From NCBI RefSeq assembly GCF_002310835.1, contig NZ_CP011041.1, positions 1,830,001 to 1,862,000 of the forward strand: a DNA stretch of 32,000 nucleotides. Reading direction: 5' to 3'. Below, one piece after another: positions 1-7,603 of the stretch. The DNA comes from Pseudoalteromonas tetraodonis (GTDB taxonomy: Bacteria; Pseudomonadota; Gammaproteobacteria; Enterobacterales; Alteromonadaceae). The position numbers and the translations under genes are program-made. A model generated the notes under the pieces. That model was not told where the DNA came from and made no database searches. It saw nothing but the letters and a program-made list of their open reading frames with translations. Position 1 is the stretch's first letter, and each line of letters starts with the position of its first letter.

Positions 1-168
1 GTATGTTCCTTAATCTATCACTGCTAGTTTAGCAGAGTATTTGTACAGCCATTTATTAGCGTGGAGTCAGTTAAATTCTAACCCTTTTGAAACTAATAAA
101 CAGCCTTTTCGATGAAAACATTTTAAGCATTTCAGCTATTTGGTCATCTATTCACAAAATATAGATAT

Positions 169-190
169 AAATGGCCATTACTGGCCATTT
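169..190 (-). terminator. putative hairpin downstream of the RND gene (AAATGGCCA-TTAC-TGGCCATTT)
   Basis: Perfect 9-bp inverted repeat with a 4-nt loop, 20 nt past the stop of the 210..2531 gene. The flank is AT-rich but has no clean U-tract. Confidence 0.35.
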
Positions 191-209
191 TGGAGCAAAT
201 TTATTCACC

Positions 210-2531
210 TTATTTTTTCTGGTCAGTCCAGAGCAAGCTGCCAATTGCAGGTAAAAGTAACACTGCGCCCAACATATTTACTAAAAACATGAAGGTAAGC
301 AGAATTCCCATATCAACTTGGAACTTCAAATCAGAAAAAATCCACGTACTTACACCAATCGCTAATGTAATACCGGTAAATAACACCGCACTACCACGTT
401 CAACTAATGCATTACGATAAGCAATACTCAATGGTACGTTTTGTTTTAACTGCCCCATCATCGATGACAAAATATAAATACCATAATCAACACCAATACC
501 TACACCCAGAGCAATCACTGGTAACGTTGAAACAGTCAGACCAATCTCAAGCTGTACCATCAGTGCTTGTGCAAGGGTTGATACTATGTACAAGGGTAAT
601 ACCACCGCAATTGTTGCTTTTACACTCTTAAAACTAAGTAAGCATAAAATAATAACCGCACCGTATACATACAACATCATAGGTATTTGCGCTGCTGAAA
701 CAGACTCATTCGTTGCAGCCATAACACCAACTGGCCCTGACGCTAATTTAAAGGCAAGTTTATCTGTGCCCTCTTCATCGGCAAATTGTTTTACTTTTGC
801 AATCACGTTATCAATTGTTTGTGCTTTGTGATCGTCTAAAAATATAATCACCGGCATTACCGAACAATCACCGTTTAATAACCCTGTACTGGTTTCTACA
901 CGTGACGTTGATTGCACTAAACTGGCAGAATTGCGCGGCAAACTTTGCCACTTTAAATTGCCCTCGTTGTAACCGGCATTGACCGATTGTGCCACTGAAC
1001 TCAGGCTCACTGCTGACTGCACGCCCGCTAAGTTTTCAACTTTATATTGAAAACGCGATATACGTTCCATTACATCGTGCTCTGTACAGGCCGCAGGGTA
1101 TGCTTCCACAATCACTTTTAAAATGTCAGACGAAATGGTGTATTTGTCCGATATTAAAAAGGTATCTTGGTTGTAACGTGCATCTTGGTGCAACGATGGC
1201 GCACCTGCGTGTAAATCACCTATACGCATTTTATCTGCTTGCCAATAACCCAATGCAAATAAAACCAAGGTAAAACCTATGATCATTTTTGCTGTTTTAG
1301 GGTCAGTTGCTTTAACTAATAAATCGCGCATTGCATCGAGTATATTCGGTTTGTTGGCATCACCCGATTGAATATGGATGCTGTTTTCAAAACGCATATA
1401 CGATGCCCATACAGGCAATAAAATAAGATTAGTAAATATAATAACAGCCACCCCTAAACTTGCTGTAATAGCCAGTTCACGAATGATGCCGATATCTATG
1501 GTTAAAAGTGTTAAAAAGCCAACCGTATCTGATAACAACGCAATCCCACCTGGTACCAGCAAAGCTCTAAAGCTAGATTGACAACACACGGCGGTCGCTT
1601 TGCCCTCAGTGACTTTTTTACCAATGGCGTTGATCATCTGCACACCGTGGCTTACACCAATTGCAAAGACTAAAAAAGGAACTAAAATTGACATCGGATC
1701 AAGGCCAAAGCCTAAACTAGACAATAAGCCTAACTGCCAAATAACGGCAATAATAGAACACACAATTGGTAAAATAGTGAGTTTCAAGCTGCCACAAAAT
1801 AGCCATACCATGACGAATGTAAACGCAATCGCGATGGCAAAAAATAAAACAACCCCTTTTGCACCTTCAGCGATATCGCCAGCCATTTTTGCAAAACCGA
1901 TAATATGAATACTGATATTATCAGTACTTAAAGGTTCACGAATCTCGGTTTCTAATTTTTTTGCAAACGCGAGGGTGTCTAATTTTTCTTGTGTTTGCGG
2001 ATCAGTCTCTAACAGTTGGGCGGTGACCATGGCACACGAATAATCGCTTGCTATCATACGACCAACTACTTTTGCCTTTTCAATATTTTCTTTTACAACG
2101 CCTAACCCTTGCTTGTCTGCTTTAAAGTTAGCTGGAATGATAGGGCCACCGGCAAAACCGTCTTCAACGACTTCAACAAAACGGGCACTGGGTGAAAAGA
2201 TAGAATTTACTAAAGGACGATTTACCCCAGGAATAAAATAAAGCTGATCGTGCACTGCTTTTAATTGGGTAAAAAATTCAGGATTGAAAATATCTCCGCT
2301 GTCGTCACATACAGAAATTAAAATACTATTTGCACCACCGAACTGTTTCTCATGTTTAGTGTATACCTTCATGTATTCATGATTGAGCGGGATATTTTTA
2401 TTAAATGACGCATCAAGTTGAATCTGTGTTGCTTTAAAAACCAACAAACAGGTAATTAGCACAAAACTTATGAGTACTACTGTGCGGTGCCTAAAAATCG
2501 CTTTTTCTAAGAAATCTAAAATTGCTTGCAT
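210..2531 (-). CDS. RND-superfamily exporter, COG1033 / MMPL-HpnN-like
   Basis: 773 aa. Hydrophobic segments follow a 1+5 / 1+5 pattern (12 TM) with two large soluble loops of about 170-190 aa, typical of RND pumps. The ATG overlaps the upstream gene stop (TAATG at 2531). Confidence 0.85.
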   Translation of the reverse strand: MQAILDFLEKAIFRHRTVVLISFVLITCLLVFKATQIQLDASFNKNIPLNHEYMKVYTKHEKQFGGANSILISVCDDSGDIFNPEFFTQLKAVHDQLYFIPGVNRPLVNSIFSPSARFVEVVEDGFAGGPIIPANFKADKQGLGVVKENIEKAKVVGRMIASDYSCAMVTAQLLETDPQTQEKLDTLAFAKKLETEIREPLSTDNISIHIIGFAKMAGDIAEGAKGVVLFFAIAIAFTFVMVWLFCGSLKLTILPIVCSIIAVIWQLGLLSSLGFGLDPMSILVPFLVFAIGVSHGVQMINAIGKKVTEGKATAVCCQSSFRALLVPGGIALLSDTVGFLTLLTIDIGIIRELAITASLGVAVIIFTNLILLPVWASYMRFENSIHIQSGDANKPNILDAMRDLLVKATDPKTAKMIIGFTLVLFALGYWQADKMRIGDLHAGAPSLHQDARYNQDTFLISDKYTISSDILKVIVEAYPAACTEHDVMERISRFQYKVENLAGVQSAVSLSSVAQSVNAGYNEGNLKWQSLPRNSASLVQSTSRVETSTGLLNGDCSVMPVIIFLDDHKAQTIDNVIAKVKQFADEEGTDKLAFKLASGPVGVMAATNESVSAAQIPMMLYVYGAVIILCLLSFKSVKATIAVVLPLYIVSTLAQALMVQLEIGLTVSTLPVIALGVGIGVDYGIYILSSMMGQLKQNVPLSIAYRNALVERGSAVLFTGITLAIGVSTWIFSDLKFQVDMGILLTFMFLVNMLGAVLLLPAIGSLLWTDQKK

Positions 2532-3526
2532 TAAGGGGTCAACTCCTTCACTTTAATGCCATTTTCTGTCGCCATAATAAGTCTATCTTTAACAATTACA
2601 CCATCAAGTATTGCTTTACCATCGGCCAATTGCTCGTATGACAGCTCATCACCTTTTAGATGAAAAATAACACCGCTATTAGCCAGTAATAGCCATTGTT
2701 TATTGTTGTAGTTGATAATGCTATTAATAGTGGCGGTTTTGTCATTTTCTAAATGCTGCCATTGTCCACTGTCGGTTTTATTTACGAAAATATTACCGCG
2801 TAGCCCCGCGACGATTTGTTGCGATGAATCAGAAGCAAAACCAAAAAACGAGCCAGGATAAATTTCATCTATCCGTTGCCATGTTTGGCCATCGTCATCA
2901 CTTTTTGCCATTAAGCCCATCTCTCCCACTAGTATTAAACCCGTACTAGTCGGTTCTATGCGGTTAAAATGTGGCAAAATAGACGAGGTTTCTATTTCAT
3001 ACCCTTCGGGATCGGTTTCTTTTAAATCGTTTAAGTACGTTCTATCTTCACTAAATAACAGTGAATCTAAAAACCGTTTTTGCCAATGTTCGCCGCCATC
3101 ACTGGTTTGATAAAACATACCGTAGGCGCCCACGGCATAACCATGTAAATCGTCTTTAAAATAAATATCTAAACAGGGTTTATCAAGTGAGGGCTTTGCT
3201 TGTTGTAACTGCCAGTTTTCACCACCGTCGGTGGTATTTATAATTGTGGCGTCATGTCCACATGCCCAGCCGTGAGAATCATTAGTAAATTCAACCGCCG
3301 TTAGTAATACTTGTGTAGGCACTGATTGTGCTTGTTGCCAATTGTTACCATCAACACTTTTAATTACCGTACCGTGCTTACCCACAGCAATGAGCCCTGC
3401 TGAGGTTTGTGTGATATCGGTAAGGAGTGTTTTATCTGCATTAATCGCGCTAATCGCACTTAAAGGTGCGTCTTGTGCAAAACTCGCACCGCTTAGGATC
3501 AGGCTGGCATAAACCAAATACTTCAT
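2531..3526 (-). CDS. secreted BNR/Asp-box repeat beta-propeller protein (Ycf48-like / photosystem II stability factor-like)
   Basis: 331 aa with signal peptide MKYLVYASLILSGASFAQD. Five Asp-box-like motifs: SVDGNNW, TTDGGENW, TSDGGEHW, SDDDGQTW, KTDSGQW. Confidence 0.8.
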   Translation of the reverse strand: MKYLVYASLILSGASFAQDAPLSAISAINADKTLLTDITQTSAGLIAVGKHGTVIKSVDGNNWQQAQSVPTQVLLTAVEFTNDSHGWACGHDATIINTTDGGENWQLQQAKPSLDKPCLDIYFKDDLHGYAVGAYGMFYQTSDGGEHWQKRFLDSLLFSEDRTYLNDLKETDPEGYEIETSSILPHFNRIEPTSTGLILVGEMGLMAKSDDDGQTWQRIDEIYPGSFFGFASDSSQQIVAGLRGNIFVNKTDSGQWQHLENDKTATINSIINYNNKQWLLLANSGVIFHLKGDELSYEQLADGKAILDGVIVKDRLIMATENGIKVKELTP

Positions 3527-3555
3527 AAATTAAATTCGCCTTGAACTGAGGATTT

Positions 3556-3600
3556 GTTTGTCTGTTATAAAGAGGAAAACCTGTGCGTTAATAGACAAAC
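3556..3600 (-). promoter_or_regulatory. 12-bp inverted repeat (GTTTGTCTGTTA / TAATAGACAAAC, 1 mismatch) with a 21-nt spacer, upstream of the BNR gene
   Basis: Read directly. It lies between the internal terminator (3612..3641) and the BNR start codon at 3526. Confidence 0.3.
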
Positions 3601-3611
3601 GCGATGTGAAA

Positions 3612-3641
3612 GAAAAAAGGCACCTAGGAAACTAGGTGCCT
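3612..3641 (-). terminator. rho-independent terminator/attenuator after the DUF1329 gene
   Basis: Minus-strand RNA reads AGGCACCTAG-TTTC-CTAGGTGCCT followed by TTTTTT. The 10-bp GC-rich perfect stem starts about 10 nt after the stop at 3651. Confidence 0.65.
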
Positions 3642-3650
3642 GCTTTTATA

Positions 3651-5015
3651 CTATCTGCCAGCGCGACGTAAAGCGCTCGATGTGAACTCATTATCATTAA
3701 ATGACTGAGAAAAATCATACATCTTTTCTTGATTATCTAAACCAATGGCTAAGTAACGACGTGAGTTAAGGTCGTGGTATACCTCAAGCGTACTCCACTG
3801 AGTCGGTACTTCGTAGTAGTTAAGGCCATAAGCCATTGCTACACGATACAGTTGGTCGCGATTATCGTATATATCGGTAACATGTACTTGCCAGCTGTCT
3901 TCATCAATGTAGAACACACGTTTTTTATAAATATGGCGCGTGTCATCTTTTAAGTTTGCTTCAACAACCCACACACGGTGTTTTTCATAACGTGTATGCT
4001 CTGGGTTGATGTGGCCCGGCTTTAAAATATCATCATAGGTTAGCTTATCACTATGAAGCTTGTAGCTATTGTATGGGATATAAAGCTCTTGCTTGCCTTT
4101 TAGCGTCCAGTTATAACGATTTGGTGAGCCGTTAAACATGTCAAAATCATCGGTAGTACGTAAGCTATCTGCTGCTGTACCCGGAGCATCATACGCTACA
4201 TTAGGTGCACGACGAACACGACGCTGACCTGAATTATACGTCCACGCTTGACGTGGTGTTAATATTTGATCCATGGTTTCATGTACTAACAATGCCGTAC
4301 CTGCCAAACGTGCTGGCTCTGTCACTTGCTGTTTAAACTTAAACAAAATATTAGAGTCTTGTAGTTCAGCCGGCGTTGCACTTGGATCAGAATATTTAAC
4401 TAATAGTTGCTCATCAAAGCCAACATAGTTGTACGACCCCGATGCTGTTGGCGCTGCTTGACCACCAAAGCGCTCAATTGATTGACCACGATAGCGAAGT
4501 AAATGGTTCCAAATTGCTTCTAAACCTGTTTTAGGAATTGGAAATGGAATACCAATTGCTGTGTTCTTAATCCCGTTACCACCTTCAACTAATTCAGCTG
4601 TAGTAGCAAATTTCTTTGTCGCATCGTATACAAACTGTGGGTATGACGCTGAACGACGTGTTTTGTAAATAGGCATTTTAAACGTATCTGGGTACGCTTC
4701 AAATAATGCTATTTGCCCTGGGCTTAAATTTTCTTTGTACTTATCAATATTGCTTTTATCTATAGTAAACAATACTTCATCAGTTGCGTAAGGGTCTAAG
4801 TGGTGCATACCCGGCTCATAACCTGCTGGTGCAGCAGTAATACCGCCGTTCCAAGCTGGGATTGAACCATCTGCATTAGCTGCTTTTTCTGCCCCAATTG
4901 GGCTTAGGTCTTTACCTAGACGCGCAGCTTCTTCTGGACTAATTTTAGCCAGTGCTGTGTGACTTGCAAACAAACTACAAAACGCTGTAGCAATGAGGGT
5001 AGGTTTTTTAATCAT
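3651..5015 (-). CDS. DUF1329 family protein (LolA-like, periplasmic or OM-associated)
   Basis: 454 aa with signal peptide ending HTALA/KIS. Overall sequence resembles DUF1329 proteins. It sits 13 nt downstream of the DUF1302 gene and has an AGGGG SD. Confidence 0.75.
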   Translation of the reverse strand: MIKKPTLIATAFCSLFASHTALAKISPEEAARLGKDLSPIGAEKAANADGSIPAWNGGITAAPAGYEPGMHHLDPYATDEVLFTIDKSNIDKYKENLSPGQIALFEAYPDTFKMPIYKTRRSASYPQFVYDATKKFATTAELVEGGNGIKNTAIGIPFPIPKTGLEAIWNHLLRYRGQSIERFGGQAAPTASGSYNYVGFDEQLLVKYSDPSATPAELQDSNILFKFKQQVTEPARLAGTALLVHETMDQILTPRQAWTYNSGQRRVRRAPNVAYDAPGTAADSLRTTDDFDMFNGSPNRYNWTLKGKQELYIPYNSYKLHSDKLTYDDILKPGHINPEHTRYEKHRVWVVEANLKDDTRHIYKKRVFYIDEDSWQVHVTDIYDNRDQLYRVAMAYGLNYYEVPTQWSTLEVYHDLNSRRYLAIGLDNQEKMYDFSQSFNDNEFTSSALRRAGR

Positions 5016-5028
5016 AATAATGTTACCC

Positions 5029-7125
5029 CTAGATAGAATATTTTAAGTTAAAAGAAACGTAATCTCGGTCAGAGAAAGTGTTGGTGTCGCCACCACCCCA
5101 AAATGAGTTGTAACTTACATCTAAAGACCATGCATTTTGGTAATTAAAGCTCATAGTAGCACCTAGTGACTTACGATCTTCAATGAACAAGAACATTGGA
5201 TCAGGCGTATTACCATTAACATCATGCGAGAACACAAAACGGGGTGAGAAGTTAATACCATTGTAAATATTAAAGTAATCACCTTTGGCAATTAAGCGAT
5301 AACCCCAAGACGACGCCGTAGCAAACGATTTTTGCTCAGGACCATTTGATAAAGCCATATGCAATGCAGAATAGTCTGAACTACCTGGGCCTTGCATAAT
5401 ACCGCTTCGACCAGTACCAGAAACATTTAAACGCATTTCATCGTATTCAGGCATATTGTTGATGCGAACACCACCAATTTCACCGACAACTGCCCAGCTA
5501 TCAGCACCTAATGAAGGGCCGAATAAATGCGTTGCCGTAAACTGTAGCTGTGAAGTATTACGTTCAATGTAACCTTTAGCCAGCTCGCCTGGACCTACAA
5601 CACTTGCAGCATCACCTTTACTCATTTGCGAAATACCCGCAAATTCAGGGCGTAAGCCGGCAATCGCTAATTGCTCAGGCATAGCTGCATAAAGTAATTC
5701 TACGTCATCGATTTGCAGTGGTTCGTCTTCACGGAAAGTGAATTCACCTGCAAACGCGGTTTCACCCAGCGAGGTATTAAAACTCAAACCATATAGTTTA
5801 ATATCTTCAGGGTATTCGTTTGTCGCTTTAGCAAATGCTTTTAAGTCAGAGACGTTATCAGAGGTAATTTCAGTGGTGGCAATCATGGCTAAATCTTGTT
5901 GCAATGATGCTTGCGTGAAATTAGATACGCGGCCCGAAATAAGTGGACGGCGGCTGTGATAATTTACATGGTAAAGTGCCACTTCTGTATCGTTCCACTC
6001 TGGCAAAAACATACCTAAGCGCAGACCATATTGACCGCCATCATCAGGCTCTGTTTTTCCATCATAGCCTTTACCTTTAAGGGCAACCTTAGTCGGGTAC
6101 GCTAAGTACATATTGGCCAGTAATTGTTGTCCAGCTGCACTTGATGGATCAATACCTTGGCTCGAAGCCACTTGGCCATAAGTTGCCATCAGGTTATTCA
6201 AGTTATCTGTTAAAAACGCTAAGTCAATATCAGGGTTTGAGGTGAAACCAAGCTGTACATTTTGTTGATAACCGTTTTCAGCCGCAAAATCATTGGTAGA
6301 AAAATAAGTCCCTGCTGCAGGTAAACGTGTTTCATGCCATTGATACTGATAAAAGCCCTCTAAGGTCATGTTTTCTGTAAGCCCTAATGAGGCCCACAAC
6401 ATACCAACCGGAATAAACGCTTCTTTTAGTTCAGCACCTGGTGCTTTTAATCGGTCAATATCAACCGGATTTACGTTAATACCATGAGAGATTAATGTAC
6501 TTTCCCCCCAGTTAACCACTTGTTGACCAACTCGAATAGAAAGCGGGTTTTTGCCTTCATTTAAATCAAAGTTTGCCCACACATACGCATCAAGTAAACG
6601 AATGTCAGCACAGCTTTGCTCTTTAGTATCATCATCATCACACGGATCTACACCCTGACCAGATGTTGGATTAACGTAGGCACGATCGCCGTCCATTAAT
6701 TCAAAATCATAAAAATACATAAAACGAGTAAATAAGCCGTAGTTATCTTTACTTATTGATAGGTCATGCGTGCCTTTTAATAGCTTTGAAAAAGTTTCGC
6801 CGCTATCAAAGTTTAAATCGCCTGCATCACCATTATTTGAGTAAGAGCCCGGTTGAGCCCAGACATCTTGAGATGAATAAATTGTATTGATTGCTGGGTT
6901 ATAACCTGTCCAATCAAATGATGGGTTATTACTTTTACCAATGAGGTTAAAGTCACGGTCTTCTACGCGAATACTTTGCCCATAAGAAAAAGTAGAGTCG
7001 AAAGCGATATCAAAACCGCCTACCTCAAATGTTGCAGCCTGTGTCTGTGCTGCTGATAAACCGATAGCCGCAGCTGTTAAGCCGAGTACTATTTTATTTT
7101 TAACAAAAAGCGATCTTCTTATCAT
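5029..7125 (-). CDS. DUF1302 family protein (predicted large outer-membrane beta-barrel)
   Basis: 698 aa with signal peptide ending AAQTQA/ATF. Composition is Gly/aromatic-rich, with a beta-strand-like C-terminus (VSFNLKYSI). SD GGGGGAA lies upstream of the ATG. Confidence 0.75.
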   Translation of the reverse strand: MIRRSLFVKNKIVLGLTAAAIGLSAAQTQAATFEVGGFDIAFDSTFSYGQSIRVEDRDFNLIGKSNNPSFDWTGYNPAINTIYSSQDVWAQPGSYSNNGDAGDLNFDSGETFSKLLKGTHDLSISKDNYGLFTRFMYFYDFELMDGDRAYVNPTSGQGVDPCDDDDTKEQSCADIRLLDAYVWANFDLNEGKNPLSIRVGQQVVNWGESTLISHGINVNPVDIDRLKAPGAELKEAFIPVGMLWASLGLTENMTLEGFYQYQWHETRLPAAGTYFSTNDFAAENGYQQNVQLGFTSNPDIDLAFLTDNLNNLMATYGQVASSQGIDPSSAAGQQLLANMYLAYPTKVALKGKGYDGKTEPDDGGQYGLRLGMFLPEWNDTEVALYHVNYHSRRPLISGRVSNFTQASLQQDLAMIATTEITSDNVSDLKAFAKATNEYPEDIKLYGLSFNTSLGETAFAGEFTFREDEPLQIDDVELLYAAMPEQLAIAGLRPEFAGISQMSKGDAASVVGPGELAKGYIERNTSQLQFTATHLFGPSLGADSWAVVGEIGGVRINNMPEYDEMRLNVSGTGRSGIMQGPGSSDYSALHMALSNGPEQKSFATASSWGYRLIAKGDYFNIYNGINFSPRFVFSHDVNGNTPDPMFLFIEDRKSLGATMSFNYQNAWSLDVSYNSFWGGGDTNTFSDRDYVSFNLKYSI

Positions 7126-7270
7126 TTTGGTTCCCCCCTGTCGCGGGTATTTTTTGTGTGATCAAGTTATTGTTTTTAGTGTAATCGTAACGATAGAAGC
7201 GAATTAAACAAATTACAAATGGTCGCCTTCAATCAGTTATAAGTTTTTTATTTGTTTAACGTTTACGTAT

Positions 7271-7288
7271 TGGTAAGACGTCATACCA
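7271..7288. promoter_or_regulatory. 18-bp near-perfect palindrome TGGTAaGACGTCaTACCA upstream of the DUF1302 operon
   Basis: Read directly. Located about 145 nt upstream of the DUF1302 ATG, inside the 253-bp AT-rich intergenic region. Confidence 0.3.
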
Positions 7289-7378
7289 GATAATTTATAC
7301 ACGTAAATTAACAATAGAACAAATCGAAATTAACAAAAAGGCAATATTTGTGTATATCTATATCACAAAAAACAACAG

Positions 7379-7600
7379 CTAGGCTACTCGTTCGAGACGG
7401 ATGAACTTGTTTTCATTACTTAAAATAAGTCTAAACCGACCACGAATACCTAAACTAGACATGAAGGGCCGAAGATAATGCGCAGCAAAACGAATTGTTT
7501 TGCCGCTATCAGCTGTTACTTGAATTGAGCTATACCGGCCATGGTAATAATCCATGCACTCGTTATAGCTCAAATTTATATAAAAATAATGTTCTATCAT
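7379..7600 (-). CDS. DUF2835 family small protein
   Basis: 73 aa, placed 3 nt after the pepN stop. The sequence pattern (YYxG...V.V....G..I.F.A..LRPF....GI.G.F.L) matches my memory of DUF2835, which commonly follows pepN in Vibrio and Shewanella. Confidence 0.6.
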   Translation of the reverse strand: MIEHYFYINLSYNECMDYYHGRYSSIQVTADSGKTIRFAAHYLRPFMSSLGIRGRFRLILSNENKFIRLERVA

Positions 7601-7603
7601 GAT

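Noticed and set aside
1-209. Possible gene fragment at the left edge
   Set aside because: All three plus-strand frames hit stops within 32 nt, and no long minus-strand ORF leaves the window. I cannot support any call beyond the hairpin at 169..190.
190-1908. Six plus-strand ORFs (190..420, 407..631, 586..831, 989..1273, 1378..1581, 1600..1908) antisense to the RND gene
   Set aside because: All lie inside a 773-aa CDS with a coherent RND topology on the other strand. Their products are low-complexity with no motifs, which is typical of shadow ORFs.
5738-5959. 73-aa plus-strand ORF inside the DUF1302 gene
   Set aside because: It is antisense to a long, well-supported CDS and has no SD or recognisable motif.
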